Source of the DNA: Octopus vulgaris
Lineage: Eukaryota
Assembly (NCBI GenBank): GCA_951406725.2
Contig: OX597818.1
Span: forward strand, 3,596,001-3,660,000
Length of the DNA: 64,000 nucleotides
Reading direction: 5' to 3'
Shown: positions 51,481-64,000 of the stretch, in pieces
Position numbering within the stretch: the first letter of the stretch is position 1
Layout of the letters: the number at the start of each line of letters is the position of its first letter
Made by a program: the position numbers and the translations under genes
Notes under the pieces: model-generated
Told to the model about the DNA's origin: nothing
Databases searched by the model: none
The model's input: the letters and a program-made list of their open reading frames with translations, nothing else

Positions 51481-54400
51481 TAAACGTTTTGGGATCACCA
51501 CTACTTTATTATTTCCCCTTCTTCCTAGCCCTCCTGTGTGATCCCTCTATCCGGCATTCGCCATGATAGATCGCTAGCCACTAAACCTTTTTAGTTTCTC
51601 TCCCTGTTTCTTTCTGTGTTCCTTTCTGTCGAAGAGCATAGGCTCGAAATGTAAAAGACTTTCACACTTTCCAAGCGTTAAACTAATACATATGTTTGTT
51701 GTTTACACACCCGTCTTCGTCTTTTCTTTTTTGTAAATTCTCACTATCTATTACACGCTCACGTGGTCGCACCAGTTTCATTCTGTCTCCAACTTTGAAC
51801 CTTTCTTGAACTATTCTACCTGGATTCTCTACCTGGACTTTCTACTCTCCCACACTTGGACTCCTACATTTCGGCTGCACCTCTTCTACCCATGGATTAC
51901 ACTGGACTCTTCGGTTGATGAGAAATCGTTTGAACTTTTCTAAACTTTTTTGTACTTTCTGCTTTTTCCTATTGTCGTTTCTCTCAATCCGCACTAATTA
52001 CTTTGCCTTTCTCTCCTTCCCTTTCTTTTTTCCTTTTGTCTTCTCTTCTCCCTTTTTCCCCTTTTCGCTCTGTTTCTTCCTTCTTCCTCCTTCTTTCTCT
52101 CCTTGTTTTTATTTTTTCTTCTCCCACCTCTTGTATAATTTTTCTCCTCAAGTCTTCTGCATTTTTCTTCCCACACCTTTTGAATTATTCCTCCTCACGT
52201 CTTTATTTGCCTTTTTATCTCCTCACTTCTTTTTCTCCTTTCTTCTCATTTTTCAATCATGCCCGATTACAAACCTTTCCATTTCCACCTTCACCATCGC
52301 CTAAAAACACCTTTCCATATTCCTTTCTGCTGCTTTCAACCTTCTATTAACCCGTCCCTACTAATTAAAAAAAAACACGCTTCTTCAGCAACGTTTCCTT
52401 TCTCAGTCGCTGCCTTCATCATCGCCTCTTCCCTAAAGGTTTCCGCCTCCATTTCCACCCCACTCTCCGACCCATACTCCGAACTACATCCTATCGCCTT
52501 ATGCGCGCCACCATTCGTTCTAATCTCTCCAAAATACACACCATCGACCGCCTTCTCCTTCTTGTTTTTTCCATCTTCTTCTCCTCTCAGTCGCCATCTC
52601 ATGCCAACACTACGTTACATAATTTATTTAAATCATCTCTTTCATCAATTTCTCGCTCACACCAAACAACGTAAACTCTACTTACTCCTCCATTCAATCA
52701 CACCCGACGCCACTACCTCAATTCCTCCCCTATCCCTCTCCCTCCCTGATACGCTCCCCCACCCTCACCAACCGCCCATCCCTTCAAGCATTCCACCCCA
52801 CCACCCCTCCAACTTCCATCCCATCCACCCGTTCTCCACTTCAGTTTGTTGTTACCATTCCTCCAGATCTTCCCCTCTCTGAGGCGAAGGGCTCCCTCCT
52901 CAGTGGGGATCTGCGCTTCATCCCCCTCACTCCATCCAGCAACATATTTCGGACTCGTGCCGATATCCATAGCTTTGTGCGCTGCGTTAGGTTGTGTGTG
53001 CTTTTCCGCGACACTCCTCCTGCATCTAATGAAGATAACTGCTTCACCGAACTGGGCCGCCGACCATCCCAGTAGACGCCAGCTCATGGCCAATTCCAAG
53101 CCGTCGATCTTTTTGCGGGCGCCTGCCAGCGCGCTGTGGATTAGTTTGACTTTTCCAGGCATCTCCGATATCTGAACATCTCTCCAGCCGAACTCTCAGC
53201 CCTTCTATGTCTCCGACGCCGCACGGACATCATTATAAAACTAGCTGACAATTGTGGAGCCGTGGTGGTGTTGCGCGCTGACCTCTACAAGGTGGGAGCT
53301 CTCCGCCAACTTCAAGACACCTCCTTCTACTGCCCTCTGCCCTCCAACCCCTTGCCAACAGACTGTGTCCTCCACTATCCATGACCTCATCTCCTCCCCT
53401 CTCCCCTCACCGCCTCTAACCTCATTGTCCGCATCCCGCGCACCCCCAATTTACTTCCTCTCCCAAATCCACAAACCTAATAACCCTGGCCGCCCCATCA
53501 TTTCCGCCTGCAACTGCCCCGCCGAACTCATCACCAGATATCCTGACATTCCTTTCACCTACCATTCCACCACTCTACCTCTCCAATGCACCATTTTCCG
53601 AGCCTTCCGGCGACTCCAGTTCGACCCACCCCACTTCGCACATCTTGACCTTTCCTTGCCTCCCTAGTGGCTTCCCTCTCCTCTCACATCCATGACACCA
53701 ACCATGCTCTTCATTTGTTCAACTCTTTCTCCTTCTCTCCTGGATCCTCTAAACTTCTCTTCAATCTTGACATCAAGACCCTATACACGGTGATCCCTCA
53801 TCACGAGGGGCTGCGTGCACTCCAACATTTCCTTGACCTTCGACCTAACCCCCAACCGGACACATCCACACTCCTTCGCCTGGCCGAACTTGTCCTCTCA
53901 CTTAACTGCTTCTCGTTTGCGGAGATTTTTACCAGAAGGTCTCGGGAATGACCATGGGAACGAGAATAGGCCCCAACTATGCGAACCTGTTCGTTGGCTA
54001 TGTTCAGGCCCAAATATTCTCAAGTTTCACTGGTCCCACTCCCGCACTATACGGTAGTTATGTTGACGATTGTATCGATACGATCTCACTCTCCCGCGAA
54101 CATCTAGACTCCTTCCTCTCTTTTGTCTAATCTTTCCATCCTTCCCCCCACATGTCCTGCACTATTTCCGACACTTCTGTCGCCTTTCTCGACATTTCGG
54201 TCAGCATTCATCACTCCACTCTCAGCACCTCCATCCTACAAACACACAAACTCATACTCATACCTCGAGTTCTCCTCCTCCAACCCTAAACACACCAAGC
54301 TTCCCATCCCCTATTCACAGTTCCTCCGTCTACGCAGGCTCTGCAGTGACAACCTTGACTTTGAGACTCAGTCTCAACTCATGGCTCGCCACTTCATCCA

Positions 54401-55020
54401 ACGTGGATATCCCCTCAGCACTATCCACAGCGCCCTTGCCAGAGTACATTTCGTGGACCGTGCATCTGCCCCCCCTGCACTCACTCCGCCGCCACCGGTC
54501 TCCCGTTTCTCCTCACCTACCATTCCACCACTCTACCACTCCAATGCACCATTCTCCGAGCCTTCCGGCGACTCCAGTTCTACCCCTCCACTTCGCACAT
54601 CTTCCCTAACCGACCCTCTCACTTCCTTCAAACGAGCCCACAACCTACGAGACTTCTTGGTCCACAGCTTCTTTCCTAACCCAACCTCCAAACCCGCACT
54701 TACCCTTACCTCTCCAACACCACCCTCCTCACAAGTACCCATCATCGACTCTTTCATATCACTGACTCCTTCCCCTGCACTTCTAGCAACGTCATCTACT
54801 GCATCTCCTGTTCTCTCTGTCCTCTATACATCGGTCAAACGGAACGCCGCTTGGCTAACCGGTTCGCGGAACACCTCCAAGACACCCCGGTCTTGCGCCA
54901 TTTATGCTCTACCAGTCATTCTTTACAACACCTGTCTCTGTTCGGATTGTCTTTGCACAGGGGCCATCCGGAATCCGGGCTTCGCCGTGAACAGAGATTA
55001 ATCTTCTCTCTTCGCTACGC
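51480..55020 (+). mobile_element. Neptune-type Penelope-like element with 5' pLTR, frameshifted RT and GIY-YIG
   Basis: Pyrimidine-rich coding strand. IHKPNNPGRPIISAC, LDIKTLYTVIPH, MGTRIGPNYANLF, YVDD, IPYSQFLRLRRLCS, SSNVIYCISC...YIGQT, REQRLIFSLR. Confidence 0.92.
51622..51657 (+). ncRNA. Hammerhead-like motif with atypical core in Neptune pLTR
   Basis: CTTT CTGTCGAA GAGC atag GCTC GAAA TG TA AAAG. A decayed homologue lies on the minus strand at ~45831-45868. Confidence 0.55.
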
Positions 55021-55146
55021 TGCTTATTTCTTGCTCAAAGATTTAAAACTAATAGTTGTTCTTCTTACGAGATCAGTGTATGTGTGTCACTTTAAAACTA
55101 TATAAATCGAGCAAGGCCTAGTGCTGCCATCGCTAGCCAAGGTTAT

Positions 55147-55192
55147 CCTATGCCGATGAAGAGAAATAACCCAGAAACTATTAGTCTGCAGG
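55147..55192 (+). ncRNA. Degenerate hammerhead motif, same family as 47341-47385
   Basis: cctatg CCGATGA a gag aaataa ccc a GAAA ctattag TC tgcagg. Shares the aaataa loop and the upstream ctagcc...ttat flank with the 47341 copy. Confidence 0.5.
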
Positions 55193-55361
55193 TGTCGTTT
55201 ACGACTGAGTGGGAACATTAGCTCTGTTGTTCGAGGTATAAGGACGCAGTTGTGCATCGATAGCCAGTTGGAAAAGATGTTTCCTGGGGCTGAAAAAGGT
55301 AGTAACACCGTCCTAATCAGGACTACCAGATTACGTTGGCAAATAGACTTCCCCTCCCTCT

Positions 55362-55431
<70 letters not shown>

Positions 55432-55480
55432 GTATATATTTATGTGTGTAATATATATACATATATGTATATATTCCTGT

Positions 55481-55818
55481 ATTTCGAGACGGTCTTTTTT
55501 GCCAAATAAATACACGCACTGTATATTCGTTTATTACTGTTCTTATTCTAACTCATGTCCATTGTCCGGAAATTTTTCCTCACACATCTGTGACTTCCTC
55601 AGCGGCACATGTATGCTCTTCCTCTGCTTATTCCATTGGAATAAGCAGAGCAAGAGTGCATACGAAGACAGAAAGTGTCGCTGAGGAGGTCACAGATGTG
55701 TAACGAAAGATTTCCGAACAATGGAAATGAGTTAGAATAAGAACACTAATAAACGAGTGAAGAACTAATATATAGGGCGTGTGTTTATTTGGCAAAAATA
55801 GAATGACTGCCCCGAAAT
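55481..55818. mobile_element. Palindromic fold-back element with a hammerhead motif in each arm
   Basis: Arms 55481-55608 and 55675-55818, with inner hairpin 55611-55663. Plus 55677-55719 reads gtcg CTGAGGA g gtcaca gatg tgtaac GAAA gatt TC cgaac. Flanked by TA-rich microsatellites. Confidence 0.8.
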
Positions 55819-55896
55819 CTGTTTCAACACACGACTTCACATCAGGAATTTTGCAACACAAATTCATATGCATATATGTACATATATGTATGTGTG

Positions 55897-55940
<44 letters not shown>

Positions 55941-55960
55941 CATACATATATATGTATGTG

Positions 55961-55992
<32 letters not shown>

Positions 55993-56220
55993 TACATATA
56001 TATGTATGTATATATACACACACACACGCAACAATATATATATATGTGTGTGTAAATATACATAATATATGTACATATGCATATATGTACATATATGTAT
56101 GTGTGTATGTTGCATGTGTGTGTGTATATATACATACATATATATTATGTATATATATATATATAGTAATGACTTTGTCCCTCTTAGTGTGAGGCATTTA
56201 TGTGTATTAATGCCCTCTAT

Positions 56221-56282
<62 letters not shown>

Positions 56283-57436
56283 TGTGTGTATGCATGTGTG
56301 TATATATACATAATATATGTGTGTACGTATATATATGTAGGTTAAAATTTAAGTTTAGATTTAAAATTTAAACTGCGTTTTGGGTATGTCCCTAGTAGTA
56401 TGCAGACAAAGGACGTTTACTGCCTACGGCACCTGGCGTCATCGACGGTAACTGCGCAATCGTCGCTGGATCTAAGTAAAGAATTCCTCAATGAACGTTG
56501 AGTATAATAGAAACAATGGATACGGAAGATGGAGTTTGGTTAATTTTAAGAGCGAAACATCACTTATGTAACGAGAAACCGCGTTGCATCAGCTGTAGAG
56601 ATGCTTCTGCATTGCAGGCTGCAATGTAAGTGATTGTCTAGTTTCCCACCCACGAGAGAGCGATACAGGAAACGATTGTTGTAGCCAAATGATCATCGAG
56701 ATAAGGTTTCCAGTATACTTTATCTTGCGTATGCCTTATTTCTACTATATAAATGTATATAAATATATGTATGCATAAAAACGTTTACCTTCACCTTAAT
56801 AAACTCTAACCCTTGATAGTATGCACATACCATTCAATTTGGAAAATTTATACTTACTTATACTTATCTATATAGAACATAGATAAATAATCTAACCATT
56901 GTCTCTATAATTTAGTATATAACTTCATTAATATCTTTAATAATATTAAACGTGTATAATATAGGGTAAATAAATACCTAGAACCTTTTAGCTTCATACA
57001 TCCCCTAACAATAAAAATAAGAGTATATTTTACATAGTAGATAATCTTGAAATCTCTCCAACCAATATATATTTTCCAATCAATATTATATTGTAATATT
57101 GTGACATTATTATGATCACCAGTATTATTGCGATTATAATCTTTGCTTTGCACTTTTCTCATCTTTCTGATTTTATTTTTAATTTATTTTATTTTTCTAA
57201 TTTATTTTTCTAATTTTTTATCGTTTATGTTTTATCTTTGCATTAAAATTATTAATTAATTAAAATTGTTATATCCCCCAAAACAAGATAGACACTTAGA
57301 AGATGTGATGCGTTTGTGTGTGTATATGCATGAATCTACGGGCGTGAATGTATGAAGATTTATAGATAGTGAGATTTACATGTATGCATGTGTGTGTGTG
57401 TGTGTGTATTTATATATATGTGTGTGCATGTATGTG

Positions 57437-57509
<73 letters not shown>

Positions 57510-57577
57510 GTGAGTGTGTGTTTGTGTGTGTATGAGAGGAGTGCATATGTATGGATATATATGTATGTGTATGTGTA

Positions 57578-57636
<59 letters not shown>

Positions 57637-57791
57637 ATAGGTGAATGAATTATCCTATGTTTATCGTAAGTATGGAAAATTCGTTGAGCCGATACCAGGG
57701 TAGCAAATTCGCGTCAGAAACACGGTTGAAGCAACCTGTCCAAGGGTAGAAACTCCGGGTTCATTTGCAGAAATTTGTGTGTTATATATGA

Positions 57792-58077
57792 ATAAATGAA
57801 AGAATGGAGTCGAACGAAGATGTTAACAAAATTCCTTTACTCTCGACATATGTTTCGAAGACCACATAGTTTCATTCCAAAGGAACAAAGGGTTTACCAT
57901 GTAGACAGTCATCGAAATTTTTGTTTGTCTTGTTGCCGAGAGAGGCTCCCTTTCTTTCCTGATGAGAAGATTGCATCATACACCCTTTATTCCTTTGGAA
58001 TGAAACCATGTGGTCTTCGAAACATATGTCGAGAGTAAAGGAATTTTGTTAACATCTTCGTTCGACTCCATTCTTTC

Positions 58078-58083
<6 letters not shown>
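57792..58083 (+). mobile_element. Young fold-back element (102-bp arms, 2 mismatches seen) containing an intact hammerhead
   Basis: Arms 57792-57893 and 57982-58083. The right end runs into (TA)n. Confidence 0.9.
57954..58035 (+). ncRNA. Canonical type I hammerhead ribozyme; predicted cleavage after 58030
   Basis: Stem I CTTTC/GAGAG, CTGATGA 57959-57965, stem II GAAGA/TCTTC with a 43-nt loop, GAAA 58019-58022, palindromic CATATG, GUC triplet. Confidence 0.85.
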
Positions 58084-58154
<71 letters not shown>

Positions 58155-58200
58155 TGTATGTATGTATGTATGTATATGTATGTATGTGTATGTGTGTATA

Positions 58201-58251
<51 letters not shown>

Positions 58252-58993
58252 GTATGTGTGTATGTGCGTGTGTGCATATATGTGTATTAAGATATATATA
58301 TGTGTGGTTGTGTGTGTGTATAGATATCTATATCTGTACATATCCTTAGTTGTGTATATATTTACTAGGATTTAACTGTAGATGTGTATGATGTGTAGAT
58401 GTGTTTCTCATGCTGTGCGGTATGAGACATGTTCATATATATGCGCACGGGTAGGTATACGGACACACACACACAAACATACACTATAAACTTAAAGCAT
58501 GTAGTGGCAGATTGCTGTAAACTGACCACTCATTATAATTTCAAATTTCAACCCCCCTTCCCGAAAATAAGGAGTGATTTATGACCCTTACCACCACATC
58601 AAAACCTAAATCTTATTCTCAACTCTTTTAGCATCTTATCTCATTATCTTAATTCTTTTGTTTTTACTATTATTTTATATCTTTTTATATTTATTTATAT
58701 TTTTATACTTTACGTTTTTATATTTTCTTGTTACTTTAATTTTTATATTTATTTGTGGTTCCAACATTATTATCATTATTTATATTTGAATTTTTTACTA
58801 TTTCTTTTCTAACTTTATTACCCTTATCTTTTACTTACATTGTCACATTACCTTGTTTCTCTATTTAACGTTTTCTCTATTTTTTCATTTTCCTCCTTTT
58901 TCTCCCTTTTCTTTTCTTTCTCTATCTTTTCTCTCTTCTTTCTCTCTATTCTTTCTATCTATTTATATATATATATCATATATATATATCATA

Positions 58994-59045
<52 letters not shown>

Positions 59046-59641
59046 TTTAGAGGGAAACCACTACGTGGACACCCATATGCTAGAAATAGATCCGCTATCG
59101 TCTTACCACTAAGAAATGTTCTCAAGAAAATTTAGCTAAACAACCAAAATGTAATCGAGCAAGACAAAAGAAAAAGCAATAAAAATATGGATTATTCGCA
59201 TACATGTTCCAGATATTACGTAATTTTACTTGCATAAATGTCCGTAGATCATCGGTGCGACCGTCCATACGAATATAATTTGCAGGACTGCATACTAGGA
59301 CATCCGCACAAAGTCAGATTTGTAAACAGTTCTACCCATTACACTCGTGGTTACTATTTCAAATGTCCTCGTTTTGGCGCGCTAAATTACCCGAAAAACT
59401 GATGCTGCAGATAATACTTTACTGCAGTGGCCTTTGCCGGTTAGCGAACGTATTAATTTTAATTTTAATTTAAAATGAGGGTGAGAAATTAGATATTAAT
59501 TTAATTAACATCGATTTTACACCAGTGGTCTAGCATATAAAAAAAACTGAAGGTTCAGTAAAATACATAAATACATACATACATACATAAAACTCGGAGC
59601 TTTATCATGGCTACCGAATAACTGTTACATATTACATTTAC

Positions 59642-59697
<56 letters not shown>

Positions 59698-59701
<4 letters not shown>

Positions 59702-59880
59702 TTTTGTGTTCTGCTTTTGATTTGATTTTATATATACCCCCTCAAGTGTAAGCACCTGTATACGCCAGCTAGTGGCAGAGGTGAGAGGATATATATAAAA
59801 TCAAATCAAAAGCAGAACACAAAAGGATGTCGCGGTACACGTGCTTCAAACTTTATAAACGACCTGTTCTTGCATCAGTG
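59698..59880. repeat. 47-bp inverted repeat next to (TA)n, followed by a degenerate minus-strand hammerhead
   Basis: Arms 59698-59744 and 59782-59828. Minus 59880-59833 reads ca CTGATGC ... GAAG CACGTG TA. Confidence 0.65.
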
Positions 59881-60504
59881 TATAATAGATATAAAAGATG
59901 GTTTAAAGTTCTCTTCAGCCGCATGCATTGTTATTCCAAAGAGTTACATCTCACTATGAAAAATATGAAAAGTATATGTAGTATTAACCATAATAATAGG
60001 TATATCATATCTTCCTGAGAAAGTGTATTTGCAAAATTTCACAACCAAATAGGCGTGTAGGGTATCATTGGATTTCGAAAATCTGTTCATACTGTATCCC
60101 CAGTCAACATAGAGTGAATGTTAAATAATTTTTAATCGAAAAAAAGCAATTTTTAATCGAAAAAAATTTCTAAACGATGAACTTTCATCTGACCTTATAT
60201 ATTATATTTTACTTATTTATATGCTTCCTATGTTTATATATGTATTTTTATATATCTATATATTTATATATTTCTTATATTTTTATTATTCTAGGTGTTG
60301 TAATGTTTAAAAAAAATATTTTTTGAATCGCTAAAGTATTAATTGTTAACTTTTAACCGAGATGAACTGTATTCACGCATTTTTCTTGTATTTTCTTATA
60401 TGCTTGTATTGATGAATTGTGTTCCATCTTCCGTGATGTTATACACATATATACATATATATATATACATATATACATATATATATACATATATATATAT
60501 ATAT

Positions 60505-60568
<64 letters not shown>

Positions 60569-60573
<5 letters not shown>

Positions 60574-60930
60574 CAAAATTTAGAGGAATGACCACTAATA
60601 GTGGACAGCCTGTACAGAAATAGACGTCAAACTCGCCATTTACGTGTTTCTAGTTCTAGAAATTGTATTTCGTAAACGACAGACTATGCTGACGATCTTG
60701 CAGATGTTTGCGTATCCTTATACGTAAATATTAACAAGTGAAACTAATTAGTACATAGGTAATCGTTTTTTATTTCGTATATTTTCATTTGTCTTGCTTA
60801 TTTTTAAGCTTTGGTCTTTACTGAATTTTTTCTTTAGAACACATTCTTCGTGGTAAATGGCGATTTTGACGTCTATTTCTAGCGTACAGGCTGTCCACAA
60901 TTAGTGGTCATTCCTCTAAATTTTGTATGT
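60569..60930. repeat. ~75-bp inverted repeat element next to (TA)n; diverged relative at 59040-59200
   Basis: acatacaaaatttagaggaatgaccactaatagtggacagcctgtac...cgccatttac (60569-60643) is inverted at 60853-60930. Confidence 0.82.
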
Positions 60931-61011
60931 ATAAAATTTTTAATCTTCGGACTTTTTAAAAATATGCTAGGCCACTGGTTTTAATTGATTAATATCAATT
61001 TCTACCCTTAT

Positions 61012-61064
<53 letters not shown>

Positions 61065-61122
61065 TTTATACATACATACACACACACACACATATTTATA
61101 CATATACATATATACATATATT

Positions 61123-61175
<53 letters not shown>

Positions 61176-61223
61176 CACATATATACATATATATATATAT
61201 ATATGTATGTATATATATATATG

Positions 61224-61274
<51 letters not shown>

Positions 61275-61309
61275 CATACATATATATATGTGTGTGTATG
61301 TGTGTGTGT

Positions 61310-63144
<1,835 letters not shown>

Positions 63145-63225
63145 TATATATATATATATATACTAGCATCGGTTGACAAACGATGGCTAGGAGACAAAAA
63201 GAGACACACACGAATATATACGTAC

Positions 63226-63289
<64 letters not shown>

Positions 63290-63292
<3 letters not shown>

Positions 63293-63480
63293 TGGTTTCA
63301 TCCAGTTACTTCTAACAAATCCGCGCACAAGGCTTTGGTTGACCAGGGGCTATAGCATAAAATACATGCCCGAGGTGCCACACAGTGGGACTAAATCCGG
63401 AACCATATGGTAGGGAAGCAAGCTTCTTACGACACATTCACGCCTGCGCCTATATATATATATACACACACACACACACG

Positions 63481-63573
<93 letters not shown>

Positions 63574-63732
63574 GGCGCAGGCGTGACTGTGTCGTAAGAA
63601 GCTTGCTTCCCTAACACATGGTTCGGATTTAGTCCCACTGTGTGGAACCTCGGGCATGTATTTTATGCTATAGCCCTGGTCAACCAAAGCCTTGTGCGCG
63701 GATTTGGTAGAAGTAACTGGATGAAACCAATT
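63290..63732. repeat. Head-to-head inverted SINE pair around a mirror-symmetric microsatellite
   Basis: 63290-63450 (-) and 63574-63732 (+) are near-identical. The spacer is (TA)n(CA)n-(TA)n-(TG)n(TA)n. Confidence 0.9.
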
Positions 63733-63934
63733 ATATATATATATATATATATATACAAAATTAGAAAATGGAGAAACATACTTAAATCAATCAAACATCA
63801 ACCATCAGATGATACCCAATCAATACTTTATTACACCATTACATAACAGCAAAGGCATTATACAAAATATATTGTAAATATAATTAGACAAGGAAATAGA
63901 AATATAAAATATAAAATATAATATATAATTATAT

Positions 63935-63958
63935 CATATCTGACAGCTGTTTCGGCCG
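63935..63958 (-). ncRNA. 3' half of a probable hammerhead (rest would lie beyond the window)
   Basis: Minus strand: cggcc GAAA CAGCTG TC agatatg, with palindromic stem III and GUC triplet. The CUGANGA box is not visible in the window. Confidence 0.4.
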
Positions 63959-64000
63959 TAAGGACAAGTATGCCTCATTTAACCTATAAGCCATATAAGG

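Noticed and set aside
51915-52350. Phe/Ser/Leu-rich ORFs suggesting a membrane protein
   Set aside because: This is a low-complexity pyrimidine tract at the 5' part of the Neptune-type PLE.

Overview
This is AT-rich, microsatellite-dense animal DNA. The SINE, RTE and Penelope repeat set looks like octopus (coleoid cephalopod); that assignment is an inference from repeat recognition. Bases 1-31 kb hold the last nine coding exons (+ strand) of an Sbf/MTMR13 (SBF1/SBF2-family) myotubularin pseudophosphatase: dead PTP motif CLEDGWDVT, C1 domain, PH domain and stop at 30860-30862. Its introns are filled with mariner, RTE, SINE, Penelope and Gypsy remnants. From 34 to 64 kb there is no recognisable host gene, only decayed Gypsy, RTE, several Penelope-like elements (PLEs) and a mariner. 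The most striking unexplained structure is more than a dozen local inverted repeats, mostly beside (TA)n tracts. Several are short non-coding fold-back elements carrying hammerhead-ribozyme motifs with palindromic stem III. One of these (57954-58035) is fully canonical with a GUC site. In three unrelated elements the inverted arm copies only the 3' half of the ribozyme. All coordinates were read by eye and no searches or folding were run.
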